A DNA stretch of 64,000 nucleotides from a virus (Duplodnaviria; Caudoviricetes): positions 6,080 to 70,079 of the IMG/VR virus record IMGVR_UViG_3300005611_000014. One strand, 5' to 3'. The notes under the pieces are model-generated. The model saw nothing but the letters and a program-made list of their open reading frames with translations, was not told the origin of the DNA and did not search any database. The position numbers and the translations under genes were made by a program. This document shows, piece by piece, positions 30,046 to 39,776 of the stretch (its first letter is position 1; each line of letters opens with the position of its first letter).

Positions 30046-33000
30046 TTAGTACTTTGTCCAACTATTATACTGTAGATGTCTACTTTCTAGCGGTAAGTAT
30101 AGATGATTAAGGGAACTTATAACAACATCAGGTAACTCTATTGTAACTATTACGGTAGCTACAGTAGCCGCAATGGTTTGTACTATTGATGCATCCGTAC
30201 TGCTTATAAAGTCTAAGTATGCGGCAGTACCTGCACCTATAACGTCTGCACTACTGCTATCATTGGCCGCATGTATAGGTATATTCTTATCTGTTTCTAA
30301 ATTTTGACTAGTACTGGTATCTATGGCTGGTACTAAAGTAGCGTAGAGTGTGCCGGGAGATAAGGTAAATGTAACTACTCTTGCTGCACTCACATCTACA
30401 GCAGCATCTAGCAAAATAAGTTGCCCTATGTTAGCAGTAAAAGCCTCACTGTTACCTACTTCTAGTGCAGATGTAAGAGATATGTCTACTGAACCAAGAG
30501 AAGTAATTAAACTTGCTGCAGTACTTGTATCTGTACTTGGGCTTATAGCTCTAACTAAGTCACTAGCTAGATAAGCAGATATGCTAGTTTCTATAGAAGA
30601 ACCAAGATCAACATATAAATCAGCAGGTGCATCTATGATAGTCACACTGGCTGTTCGCGTAACAGTTACGCCATCACCGCGCGTGGCTGTAATAGTAATC
30701 GGATATGTGCCTACTGCTAAGCCCAACATATTATCTACTTCGCTTGTTGCAAATCGTAATACACTTTCTGTTGCCGTAACTACACTACCTTCCCCGGACG
30801 TAATGGCTACATTGCCACCAGTGTTTGTAACATTGTAAGTATCTGCGGCTAGGCCATTAATGTAATAGTTGACCGCATCTGTATTAATTAATCCGGAAAT
30901 ATCAAAGCTAAGACCGGTTAAAGGAACAAGCGGATTTTTGGCAAAAACTAAACAGTGCCAAGCGTTCTGTAGGTGTAGCAGTACCCCTTGTGCATTTACG
31001 CCAGCATCAAAGAGAACTTCGGTATCGGGTACAACCACTGCACCTGTGTCGCCAACAGCCAGAACAGAAACAAAGGCATTCTCTATTGCAGGAGTAACCG
31101 CTTCTGTTTCAATATGCCATTTACGTTGATTGCTCGGCATATCAGCTTGAGAAGCGCCGCTCCATAGCATTGATTCATCTACAATCGTATGGGTTAGTGA
31201 CGCATCAGATAGCATCTTAAGTTGCATCTCTTGACCTGCATCAGAGGCAACATAATATCCATTTACCAAAGTAGGCTGTGTTTGGAAATGTTGAATGTGC
31301 TTAACAAAGCGAGTGTAGTTACCTCCCCCATGTGCTTTGTATTGAACCAGATCAGCAACTTGTGTTGGGTCAGTGATGGTGTGGTCATAAACTATCAACA
31401 TATCCTGACCGATTAAGGCCAATTGACGTGTTACTAAATCTGCATAGTTTGTGCCATAGTACCCTGACATATTGTAGGCGTCTGCTGCTTCCCAAGCATG
31501 GAAAATATAGTCCGTACTTTGGTGAACGTGTGTCAGTGTGCCATTATCAACCGGGCGAAGTGTCGGACTTGAACGTCCATCTTCTGCGTTTTCAATTAAT
31601 AAGGTATTGGCTGCTGGCCCCGAATCCGCCGTATTTCCATAACCTATTGCTGCTTTACTTAACCAAACACCTTTTCTGGCTAAGTTAAAAGAAAGCACAT
31701 CGGATGGTTCCTGATGATCAACTTTAAAAGCTGCCGCCCAACCAAAATACTGAGTAGCATCGTTTGTCCAGTCTGTTCTGGCCGCAATAAAGCCCGTTCC
31801 GTCTGCCGCCCAAATGGTATCTTTATTTAGAGCAGAAGGTGATTGTCCTGCCTCCCCTGTCTCGAATAACAAACGGAAGATGCCGGTATAGCTTGAGTCA
31901 TTTGGCGGTGTAATTTGAGATAACCAATAGTTACCTAGCGCTTTTGTATCAGCATCGGTACTTGCGGTCATTAGAAACAACATGGTGTTGTAGTATCGTG
32001 CATCAGACAGATCAACATAATCTGACATGGCTTGCACTTGACCGTAAGCGTTTAAGTCCGTGAAGCCAGCTAAGGTATTGTGAACAATGCCCTCAACTAA
32101 CTCGGTAATTATTGTCTGAGAATAGGTATCGCTAAGGTTCTCACGTCCGACTAAATACAGCTCACCAACATGCTGCATAGTGCCGATAGAGTAATCACGT
32201 CCTTCGCCCCACATACCGCCATCAAAGACACCATTAAGAATGCCATCAAATAGCTCTACCTGAGTAAAGTCGGCAATCCATGTAGAAAGCGTAGGTGCAT
32301 AAGCATCCCCCTCACTTTCCAAAATTGCCAAAATCATATTGAGATTACCTGCTAAGCTAGTTACCTCATCAGTGTCTTCTGACCTGAATGAACCACTATT
32401 ATCAACATAATCTATCCAATACTGTGCCCATGTAACGAAGTTAGCAATAATGGTGGTACGTTCACCAGAGGTAAACTCATCACGCATCCAACTGTAGAAC
32501 ATACAGGCCCAAACACAGCCTGTTCTAAAACCATTACGTGAAGTATATCCACCTAAGTCGCCACCGACCCAGCCCCCTGCACCACCATTGTTATATTCGT
32601 CATTAAACAGACTAATACCGAAATCACGATAAGCCGTGTTTGGAGTAAGCGTGTGTGCTAAGGCGTACGCACAGGCGAACTCCCACCGATTGTAAGGTGA
32701 GCCATTAAGGTAAGTATCACAGCGTCCAATTAAATTGTCGTATATGGTTGAATCACTAGCTACCCGTGACTCAATGGCAGCTAGTCGGGTGCTCGATAAG
32801 AACAACTTACTATTTAATGTACCAACTACGTCTGCTGTTGGCCCCCACTCACCATCGTATATTCGGTATGTCGCTGAACCCCCTGCGCCTGATAACGCTT
32901 CGACTAAACCTGTCGCAATATCAAACGTCACATTGTTTATATCTGTGACATGTACCCACTGACCTACGCTCGCACCATCATTAGCATAAACACCGTCTGG

Positions 33001-33894
33001 GTGAATAGATGTAATCTGCCCATAGAGATGCCCTGCCTCTGGTTGAATTTGGATTGTCGTAGTGCCCGTACTCGTCCCATCATTTAAAGTTAAAACAATA
33101 TCACTCAAAAACGTATGAATTGGGTAAGGGTCTGTAGTTTTAAATGTAACTGGATCAATTACATCTACAGTAACTACCGAACCTGTATCGCTGACAATAT
33201 TCCAATCACCTGCCGTACTGCTTACCGATGTAATTGCGCCTGTAGCATTACTGTATGTAATTGCAAGTTGGCTGTTGGCTGTTGGCGTAGCGGTAGAAAT
33301 GCTATTTACAGTTAAGGATGCAACTGTAGATGTGCTAACACTATTTACATAAAAACCAACCTGGTTAAACTCTATTTCGCCCGTTACGTTTGCAGGGGTA
33401 TCGTAGTGCGTTGTTGTTCCTGTTGGCTCTTGCCCTGTGCCAACAGATGAACCGTTTAAGAATAATTCCCATGCGCCTGAACTGTTTCGAGTAACGCGAA
33501 AAATGTTGGCTGTGTTATTTAAAGTAATTGAAGCATCTGCTGGGCCAATAGTATTCTGAAAAGAGCCATAATTTACGTCTACAAATGACACGTTAAAGGA
33601 CGCACCGGTTCTATCGCCACCTGACGCCTGACCAGAGTTTACTCTAATTCGGCATCGAGGATGTGCCGTTAAACGAGGCAACTCTATAAACAAATTTTGA
33701 TAGTCTGATTGCGCTTCAGCTTCAAAGGTAAAGTCAAGGGCTGCGAAATCGTCATTATTAAGTGTTCCAGAAATCGCTACGAGAGTCCCTGTACTTAAAT
33801 CGACGCGATCATTGGTATCGTCTAGGGTGGCTGCACTTCCACCCCATCTTGAGTCTAAACTGGCTTGATCAAATAAATCTATAAAAGTAGGCAT
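30046..33894 (-). CDS. Multidomain protein: LamG-like N-terminus, heparinase II/III-like (alpha/alpha toroid plus beta-sandwich) polysaccharide lyase fold, C-terminal DTSTA repeats
   Basis: ACMFYSWMRDEFTSGERTTI, GGMWGEGRDY, GTGFIAARTDW, DHQEPSDVLSFNLARKGVWL and AANTLLI match the heparinase II/III-like pattern by eye. Confidence 0.65.
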   Translation of the reverse strand: MPTFIDLFDQASLDSRWGGSAATLDDTNDRVDLSTGTLVAISGTLNNDDFAALDFTFEAEAQSDYQNLFIELPRLTAHPRCRIRVNSGQASGGDRTGASFNVSFVDVNYGSFQNTIGPADASITLNNTANIFRVTRNSSGAWELFLNGSSVGTGQEPTGTTTHYDTPANVTGEIEFNQVGFYVNSVSTSTVASLTVNSISTATPTANSQLAITYSNATGAITSVSSTAGDWNIVSDTGSVVTVDVIDPVTFKTTDPYPIHTFLSDIVLTLNDGTSTGTTTIQIQPEAGHLYGQITSIHPDGVYANDGASVGQWVHVTDINNVTFDIATGLVEALSGAGGSATYRIYDGEWGPTADVVGTLNSKLFLSSTRLAAIESRVASDSTIYDNLIGRCDTYLNGSPYNRWEFACAYALAHTLTPNTAYRDFGISLFNDEYNNGGAGGWVGGDLGGYTSRNGFRTGCVWACMFYSWMRDEFTSGERTTIIANFVTWAQYWIDYVDNSGSFRSEDTDEVTSLAGNLNMILAILESEGDAYAPTLSTWIADFTQVELFDGILNGVFDGGMWGEGRDYSIGTMQHVGELYLVGRENLSDTYSQTIITELVEGIVHNTLAGFTDLNAYGQVQAMSDYVDLSDARYYNTMLFLMTASTDADTKALGNYWLSQITPPNDSSYTGIFRLLFETGEAGQSPSALNKDTIWAADGTGFIAARTDWTNDATQYFGWAAAFKVDHQEPSDVLSFNLARKGVWLSKAAIGYGNTADSGPAANTLLIENAEDGRSSPTLRPVDNGTLTHVHQSTDYIFHAWEAADAYNMSGYYGTNYADLVTRQLALIGQDMLIVYDHTITDPTQVADLVQYKAHGGGNYTRFVKHIQHFQTQPTLVNGYYVASDAGQEMQLKMLSDASLTHTIVDESMLWSGASQADMPSNQRKWHIETEAVTPAIENAFVSVLAVGDTGAVVVPDTEVLFDAGVNAQGVLLHLQNAWHCLVFAKNPLVPLTGLSFDISGLINTDAVNYYINGLAADTYNVTNTGGNVAITSGEGSVVTATESVLRFATSEVDNMLGLAVGTYPITITATRGDGVTVTRTASVTIIDAPADLYVDLGSSIETSISAYLASDLVRAISPSTDTSTAASLITSLGSVDISLTSALEVGNSEAFTANIGQLILLDAAVDVSAARVVTFTLSPGTLYATLVPAIDTSTSQNLETDKNIPIHAANDSSSADVIGAGTAAYLDFISSTDASIVQTIAATVATVIVTIELPDVVISSLNHLYLPLESRHLQYNSWTKY

Positions 33895-36800
33895 TATGAA
33901 TCCTCCCTTAAAATTCTATTCCAAGTCCTTACTGAGTTTGAGCGATTTTGCCAGTTCCAGAGTCTTGGTGTGTTAGATATAGCGGCACATGTAGCATTCG
34001 TATATCCTGTAATAATATTATTTATTCTATTCAATAGCTTTGCTTTATTGGTAGAATTTGACTCGAATTTATAGGCTAAAGCTAAAGGCAGTACAGTTTC
34101 AATGTTATGACTATCTGAATACCAAGGATACCAATCGTCACTTGCTAATGTAGCATCATCAGCATAAGCACTGGTGAAATAGACCAAATCTGTACTCGTT
34201 GAGCCTGTTGTATTACATCCATTTGCTCTAGGATTAATACCAACAAAAGCAGTTTTTCTATCGTAAGTTGCGCCATTAAAAGTTGTAGTGAATCCATGAT
34301 TTTCTATAGCATTACCTAATAATCTAAGCATTTCAGGCACATCAGTATTCCCCGTTACGTGGTACGCTTGCCACAAAAAGTCTGCTATATTTTCAGACAT
34401 CCAAGCCGAGAATGCCCTATCATTTGTATCACCAAGAGCTTGAGAGCCTTCACTTTCCGCACCTTCATGGACATTAAAGCTATGCGTAAAACCACCGCTT
34501 TTAGGAGTCCAACCATTTGCAATATCCCAAGCTTTTTCTGTTTGTTGCATATCCTTTAAAGAAGCAATTCGCTCATTTAGATGGCTTAAGATAGTCACAT
34601 CGCCTGTAATTTCATAAGCAACGACCTCAGCCAAGCCAGCTAGACCTGCACCACGCTCTGTGAAGCCTTCTGTCTCTGAATTATACAAATCTCTAGTGCC
34701 ATATTGATTCCAACCTAAGTCAGCTTGTAATGCCATTTCATTAATTAGACTGTTATCCCATTGTGATTTATCACCTACTAAAGCTAGAGCCAATTTAGCT
34801 TGTTGTGGTGCTATGTATTTACCATCAGCACAAGACGTTGATCCATAAGTCCAACAACCATCACCTCCTGCTGCTGTAGGTGCTGTACCATCATTTCTGA
34901 CATAAGTGAAGTAGAACTGTTTAGATAGAAAAGCTTCTTTTAAAAACTTCACATCGCCTGTAGTCATATAGGCTTTAAACATTGCACTTGATCTATCAAA
35001 CAACCAGTTCGCATTTGTTGACGTTGAAAAGTTTAACCCACCAGCCCAATTATCAAATTGGTCTGATTGAAAAGTTCTATGTGAATCTGGACTTACAGGG
35101 GCTGGGTCAAAAGGTGGTACTATTTCACTATCAGCAAGATACTGAGTGTCATGTAGGGCGAATATTCTAGGATATAAATGATTATTCTTATCTGCTCCTG
35201 CTGCTACCCAACCATTTGAATGTGGCTGCTCTGTGAGTCTAGCTGTACTGAAACCAGTGTCATCAATAGTGACTGTTACATTACCACCAGTCATATCAAC
35301 ATTTTGAAGTTGAATGGTCGCTGATCGAATAGAGTTATCAGACCACCACGTTAATCCGTCTTCAACATAAGCTGCTACTTCTGAGCCACCAATACTAACT
35401 TTGATTTCATCTAAGCTAGTTACTTCGCTTTCTGCGAAAGGCAATGCAAAGGTTACAAGCTCTGTGGCTGTTGGTGTTACTGCACTATCAGCAACTAATG
35501 TCATCGTTGTACTTACATCATTTGTAGCGACATAAGTGGCTGGTGGTTTAGTCGCACCTTCGTCAATCGTTTGCACTTGTCCTGTAGCGTATATTGCTAC
35601 GTTTCGATCCACTGATACATTAGTGAATTGAACTAATGCACCCCCGTTAGGTAACTGCATATCAATATCAACTAAAGCATTATTACCCAAACCACAGTGT
35701 TCATGCGTAGCACCATATTGTTCAGCAACATATATTTCACGAGTACAAAGAATGTTTGGTGTTCCAGCATCTTTAACTGTTACGCGAGTGTGAAGACCTT
35801 CATAAGTAGGCGCACCTCTAACAACAAAGCCAAGCCAATTATTACTATAGCTGCCAGTATTTCTCCAAACTGCAATAGTGTCTTTATTACTTGATCGTTG
35901 AGCGTTTGAGCTGATTAAATCAAGCAAACCATCATTATCATAATCACCATGCGCTACAACAGTCTTAGATGCACCTCCACTAGCAGCAACTCTCCCATCT
36001 GTCGTACTTAGTACGTTATCACAAGCAATAGTTTCCTTAGTCCAATTTCCTGTGCCCCCATTCATGATCAAACCACAAGGCGCATCAAAACCACCTCCGG
36101 TTAGCCAATCCGCACGTATGTCATCTAAACCATCATTGTTAAAATCCCCTACGCCTAAACCAGCATAAGTAGTTTGATACGTGAGAGAGTTCAGGCTTAA
36201 ACCAGCTAATTCAGTAGTTGATACATCAGTAAATACACCTGATCCATTGTTTTGTAATAACCATATACCATCTCCATCTAAATCAGCATCAGCTAGGTCA
36301 ATTGCATTATTGCCACCTTTCTCAACACGTATCTTGAAGATGTCCATATCCCCATCATTGTCATAGTCAATTGGTACTTGTTGATGTGGGTTGCTGTGTT
36401 GCGCGTCATCTGTTGAGTATGACGTATCAAACATTGAAGCACTTGCGGTGAAGTTTCCTTCAACGCCTGCTTGCATTCCACCCGCACTACCAAACCAGAT
36501 AATGTTAAGCTGTGGATTAACGATGTCAGGATATGAGTCATTGTTTGCATCGAATACAAGAGAAGTAGACCAGGCTCGCGTTAAGTTTGGCTCATTCAAT
36601 GTCGCCCAATCCGGTGTCCAAGCTACTGTCTTCTCCGGCCAATCATATATGGCCCCGTAGTCGCTCGCATCAACCGGCTTATTGAGTACATTATCATTAA
36701 AACCAACACCGACTAGAGGCGCACCAATCAACTCAATATCACCATCACCATCAAAATCAATAGGTAGGCAGCGATCTACTGTATATAAGCAACCTGTAGT

Positions 36801-37565
36801 CCCTGTGTAGGTTCCATCTCCGTCATACGTTGCAGCCAATGAAGGGTTGCCATCTACATCACCACCTAAAATATCAACATCGTTATCACCATCCAAATCA
36901 AACAAGAGTGTCCAGCTTGTTATGCGTCTATTCGCTGGGCCTGTTGCTGAATAATCATTATCTAAATAGGTATATGTACCCTGACAAACGCCACCAACAT
37001 TATCTTGAATATATATACCATCAGGATCATCAGTAGCGTGTGAAGTGATGAAGAAATCAAGACACATATCATTATTTAAATGTGCAACGTCAGCTTCAAA
37101 AGGAGCCACTACTGGACTTTGGCCTACTTCTAAATCTGGCATAATAGACAGCGTTGTCTCAGCAAATGCAATCGCACCACCTGCGCTATTAACATAGACT
37201 TGTCGAGTTGCTGTATCTGTTAATGATCCACTATCAGTACACGTATATGTAGCAACATAAGTGCCCGATGAACTCATGTTCAGAGATGGGCTAAATGTTG
37301 GTGCGGGAACTGTAATTGCGCCGTCTTCGCTATCCGTACACGTTGCGCCAAGCTCGCTGTAAGTATCACCTACTGTGTAAGTGACATTAGAGCCATTCAA
37401 TATGATCACTGGAGGTTGGTTACTTTGAGGCTCAGGTATACATGAACCATGCCCAAATTTGCCATTTCCACAATCCACATTGAATACAAATATGTCATTC
37501 TGCGGAATAACCACCGCAAGCGCAGGAATCGAAAGAAGCATAAAAAGCAAAGTGCGTAAAATCAT
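33894..37565 (-). CDS. Signal-peptide protein: DUF5011-type Ig domain, FG-GAP/VCBS beta-propeller, ASPIC/UnbV domain, and a PcRGLX/YetA-like barrel plus (alpha/alpha) barrel
   Basis: MILRTLLFMLLSIPALA signal. PPVIILNG...TYSELGATCTDSEDG. Seven DxDxDGxxD-type repeats. NNWLGFVVRG...HCGLG. VTFALPFAE...WSDNSIRS. Helical C-terminal domain (MFKAYMTTGDVKFLKEA). Confidence 0.7.
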   Translation of the reverse strand: MILRTLLFMLLSIPALAVVIPQNDIFVFNVDCGNGKFGHGSCIPEPQSNQPPVIILNGSNVTYTVGDTYSELGATCTDSEDGAITVPAPTFSPSLNMSSSGTYVATYTCTDSGSLTDTATRQVYVNSAGGAIAFAETTLSIMPDLEVGQSPVVAPFEADVAHLNNDMCLDFFITSHATDDPDGIYIQDNVGGVCQGTYTYLDNDYSATGPANRRITSWTLLFDLDGDNDVDILGGDVDGNPSLAATYDGDGTYTGTTGCLYTVDRCLPIDFDGDGDIELIGAPLVGVGFNDNVLNKPVDASDYGAIYDWPEKTVAWTPDWATLNEPNLTRAWSTSLVFDANNDSYPDIVNPQLNIIWFGSAGGMQAGVEGNFTASASMFDTSYSTDDAQHSNPHQQVPIDYDNDGDMDIFKIRVEKGGNNAIDLADADLDGDGIWLLQNNGSGVFTDVSTTELAGLSLNSLTYQTTYAGLGVGDFNNDGLDDIRADWLTGGGFDAPCGLIMNGGTGNWTKETIACDNVLSTTDGRVAASGGASKTVVAHGDYDNDGLLDLISSNAQRSSNKDTIAVWRNTGSYSNNWLGFVVRGAPTYEGLHTRVTVKDAGTPNILCTREIYVAEQYGATHEHCGLGNNALVDIDMQLPNGGALVQFTNVSVDRNVAIYATGQVQTIDEGATKPPATYVATNDVSTTMTLVADSAVTPTATELVTFALPFAESEVTSLDEIKVSIGGSEVAAYVEDGLTWWSDNSIRSATIQLQNVDMTGGNVTVTIDDTGFSTARLTEQPHSNGWVAAGADKNNHLYPRIFALHDTQYLADSEIVPPFDPAPVSPDSHRTFQSDQFDNWAGGLNFSTSTNANWLFDRSSAMFKAYMTTGDVKFLKEAFLSKQFYFTYVRNDGTAPTAAGGDGCWTYGSTSCADGKYIAPQQAKLALALVGDKSQWDNSLINEMALQADLGWNQYGTRDLYNSETEGFTERGAGLAGLAEVVAYEITGDVTILSHLNERIASLKDMQQTEKAWDIANGWTPKSGGFTHSFNVHEGAESEGSQALGDTNDRAFSAWMSENIADFLWQAYHVTGNTDVPEMLRLLGNAIENHGFTTTFNGATYDRKTAFVGINPRANGCNTTGSTSTDLVYFTSAYADDATLASDDWYPWYSDSHNIETVLPLALAYKFESNSTNKAKLLNRINNIITGYTNATCAAISNTPRLWNWQNRSNSVRTWNRILREDS

Positions 37566-37966
37566 TACTGTTGTACTCCGAAAGTGATTTCAGGAGTGAT
37601 GACTGTGGCATCTAAAGCAAGATCACGGTTTGTAATTTGATCAGACACTAACAACAGATTTGAGTCATCATATAATGCTACCCACAAATCTACTGAGCCA
37701 CCTGATACGGCTACGTCTATTGCGCTATTGTGTTCGAGACTTGGGATAGTTAAGTTTCTACTATTAGCATTGATGCCGTTACTTAACGTAATCGTTCCGC
37801 TATTAATAGTTAAAGGGGCACTGATACGTTTTCCTCCTGCGCCACTCAAAGAGGTACAATCAGCCAATGAAGTAGGTTCGGTTTGAAAAATAGCGTAATT
37901 GACCGTAGCAGCACTAATCGTGACTAAACCATTATCAATTACATGGGCAGATATTTTCGTGGTCAT
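37565..37966 (-). CDS. Hypothetical cassette protein (probably virion-associated)
   Basis: Likely starts at ATG 37966 (MTTKISAHVIDNGL) behind GAGAGGAC; the track start at 37996 is upstream. TAATG coupling to the next gene. Confidence 0.6.
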   Translation of the reverse strand: MTTKISAHVIDNGLVTISAATVNYAIFQTEPTSLADCTSLSGAGGKRISAPLTINSGTITLSNGINANSRNLTIPSLEHNSAIDVAVSGGSVDLWVALYDDSNLLLVSDQITNRDLALDATVITPEITFGVQQ

Positions 37967-37968
37967 AT

Positions 37969-38589
37969 TTAAGTCCTCTCTACAGCTTGCATACAAAAGT
38001 AGGTGGACACATGTGTATACACAGAAGCCGTACCTTCATTGGTATCGGAAACAAAAACCTCGAAATAATCCCCAGGTATGACATCCAATATCGGGGATAC
38101 TAGGCATACTGATTTTTCAGAGTCACCGTCTTCTCCTGATTCCCAGCCAGCAGCTACGCCTTTACCTGTTTCTCCGTTCTTCCTGATACTAAACAGTTTC
38201 GTGACTTCCGATGGTAAAAGAACCGAAGTACATGAGAAAGTAAGTTGCACCCGTGTAACATTGGCGGGGACAGTTAATCTGGTAGGATTGCCTACTGACC
38301 AAATACTATCTGTATCTATACTCACAGAACTCCATGCTAAAGGTAGCCCTCCGCTATTACCTGTTAAATCAATATCTAGGGTAGTCGCCCCAGCATTTAG
38401 GTGGGTAACAGCACATGTAACGGCATCAGTTACGCGATCATTCGCAGTTTGGCCTAGCAATAAACTTGAAACTTCGTTTAAGGTTACAACTCGCGTATTT
38501 CCACCAGACTCAACAGCGATATAATCAGCACCCGTTAAGGTATATGCACCTTGAGTCCCTTGATGTACAGTAAAAGAAGACGCACTCAT
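37969..38589 (-). CDS. C1q/TNF-like jelly-roll domain protein, paralogue of 39773-40396
   Basis: LPLAWSSVSIDTDSIW...TRLTVPANVTRVQLT and LVSPILDVIPGDYFEVFV. Confidence 0.55.
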   Translation of the reverse strand: MSASSFTVHQGTQGAYTLTGADYIAVESGGNTRVVTLNEVSSLLLGQTANDRVTDAVTCAVTHLNAGATTLDIDLTGNSGGLPLAWSSVSIDTDSIWSVGNPTRLTVPANVTRVQLTFSCTSVLLPSEVTKLFSIRKNGETGKGVAAGWESGEDGDSEKSVCLVSPILDVIPGDYFEVFVSDTNEGTASVYTHVSTYFCMQAVERT

Positions 38590-39776
38590 AATGGTATAAG
38601 CCCCGTAATTGGTTCAAATAAAATTTCAGGATCAAGATAAGCTAAACGATTAGTAGAACCTACCATGTTATAGTTAGCAGGAGTCACAATAGCCGGTGTA
38701 CTATTAGCATGTAATTTATCAATCACAGCGCGTATCTGAGTACGGGAAGTCAATCTTTGATAACCTTGAAGCATACAAGCAATGACTCCTGCGGCATAAG
38801 GTGAGGCGAAACTTGTACCCGACCACACCAGATAACCCCCGTAATACTTCATATATACACTCTGTCCGGGCGCATAAACATCCATAAGATCGCCAACCCC
38901 TGTAGCAAAAGCATCGAACAGCATAGGGTTATCTGCCGCACTCGAAGCACCTATAACTAAGTTATCAGGATCGGCATGACCAGGGTAAGGTAAACTATTA
39001 TTAGAAGCGTTATGGTTTTCCCGCCAATTACCTGCGGCTATACAACATATAATACCTGCATCATTTAGCGCCTCAAACCCTGCCTGTATGCCTGCATTTG
39101 GTGTACCAGAAGCGGATAGGTTAAATACGGCAGGTCGATTTGTAGCAGATCGACTATTATAATGAGCCAACGTTTGGTTAATAGCATTGATGACTAGCTC
39201 ATCTAAAGCAGTTCTATCACTAGGGTCATGCGTACAGTCCCAAATTAATGCTTTTCTGGCTAAACCTATCGTGTTACCCGCAGCGCAAGATGCTACCGAT
39301 GTTCCGTGTTTGGATAGGAAAGTAGGAGACCACCCGTCTGTACCGGGTACGACCCCTACACGCCCATTAAACTCATCTGGATCATCATATACACCTGAAT
39401 CACATATATATATATCTACCCCTTCGCCATCCCTACGAGACTCAAAGTTAGTAGTAATATTCTTAATAGGATGGTTTACACCAAATGGGTTTCTACGTCT
39501 AACTAAACGTGCTAAACCCCAAGCCCCTTGTTGTAAATCAACCGTATTCGCATCAACAATAATAGGAGAATTAACATAGGATAAATGCAATTTCCCGCAA
39601 GGGTCTATACTGGATATATAAGGTAAAGCAGCCAAAGGGAAATTATCTAACTCATGGGTAGTTATAAGGAACAATTTTGGAATATTTTCATATTCTTTAA
39701 AGCCAATAGACTTAGTATTAAGCTCCTTAATGAAGTCCTGTCTGTGCGTTTTATCTGTGAGTTTTACATAGATCAT
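38586..39776 (-). CDS. Subtilisin-like serine protease (peptidase S8) with a short N-terminal prodomain-like region
   Basis: Complete triad: IYICDSGV (Asp), KHGTSVASCAAG (His), SGTSFASPYAAG (Ser). Oxyanion Asn in IAAGN. Also FNLSASG and MDVYAPG. Confidence 0.92.
   Translation of the reverse strand: MIYVKLTDKTHRQDFIKELNTKSIGFKEYENIPKLFLITTHELDNFPLAALPYISSIDPCGKLHLSYVNSPIIVDANTVDLQQGAWGLARLVRRRNPFGVNHPIKNITTNFESRRDGEGVDIYICDSGVYDDPDEFNGRVGVVPGTDGWSPTFLSKHGTSVASCAAGNTIGLARKALIWDCTHDPSDRTALDELVINAINQTLAHYNSRSATNRPAVFNLSASGTPNAGIQAGFEALNDAGIICCIAAGNWRENHNASNNSLPYPGHADPDNLVIGASSAADNPMLFDAFATGVGDLMDVYAPGQSVYMKYYGGYLVWSGTSFASPYAAGVIACMLQGYQRLTSRTQIRAVIDKLHANSTPAIVTPANYNMVGSTNRLAYLDPEILFEPITGLIPL

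Noticed and set aside
39404-39415. (AT)6 tract just before the subtilase catalytic Asp as a phase-variation switch
   Set aside because: It is short and fully explained by Asp-Ile-Tyr-Ile-Cys codons in an AT-rich genome. It would need read-level length variation to be credible.
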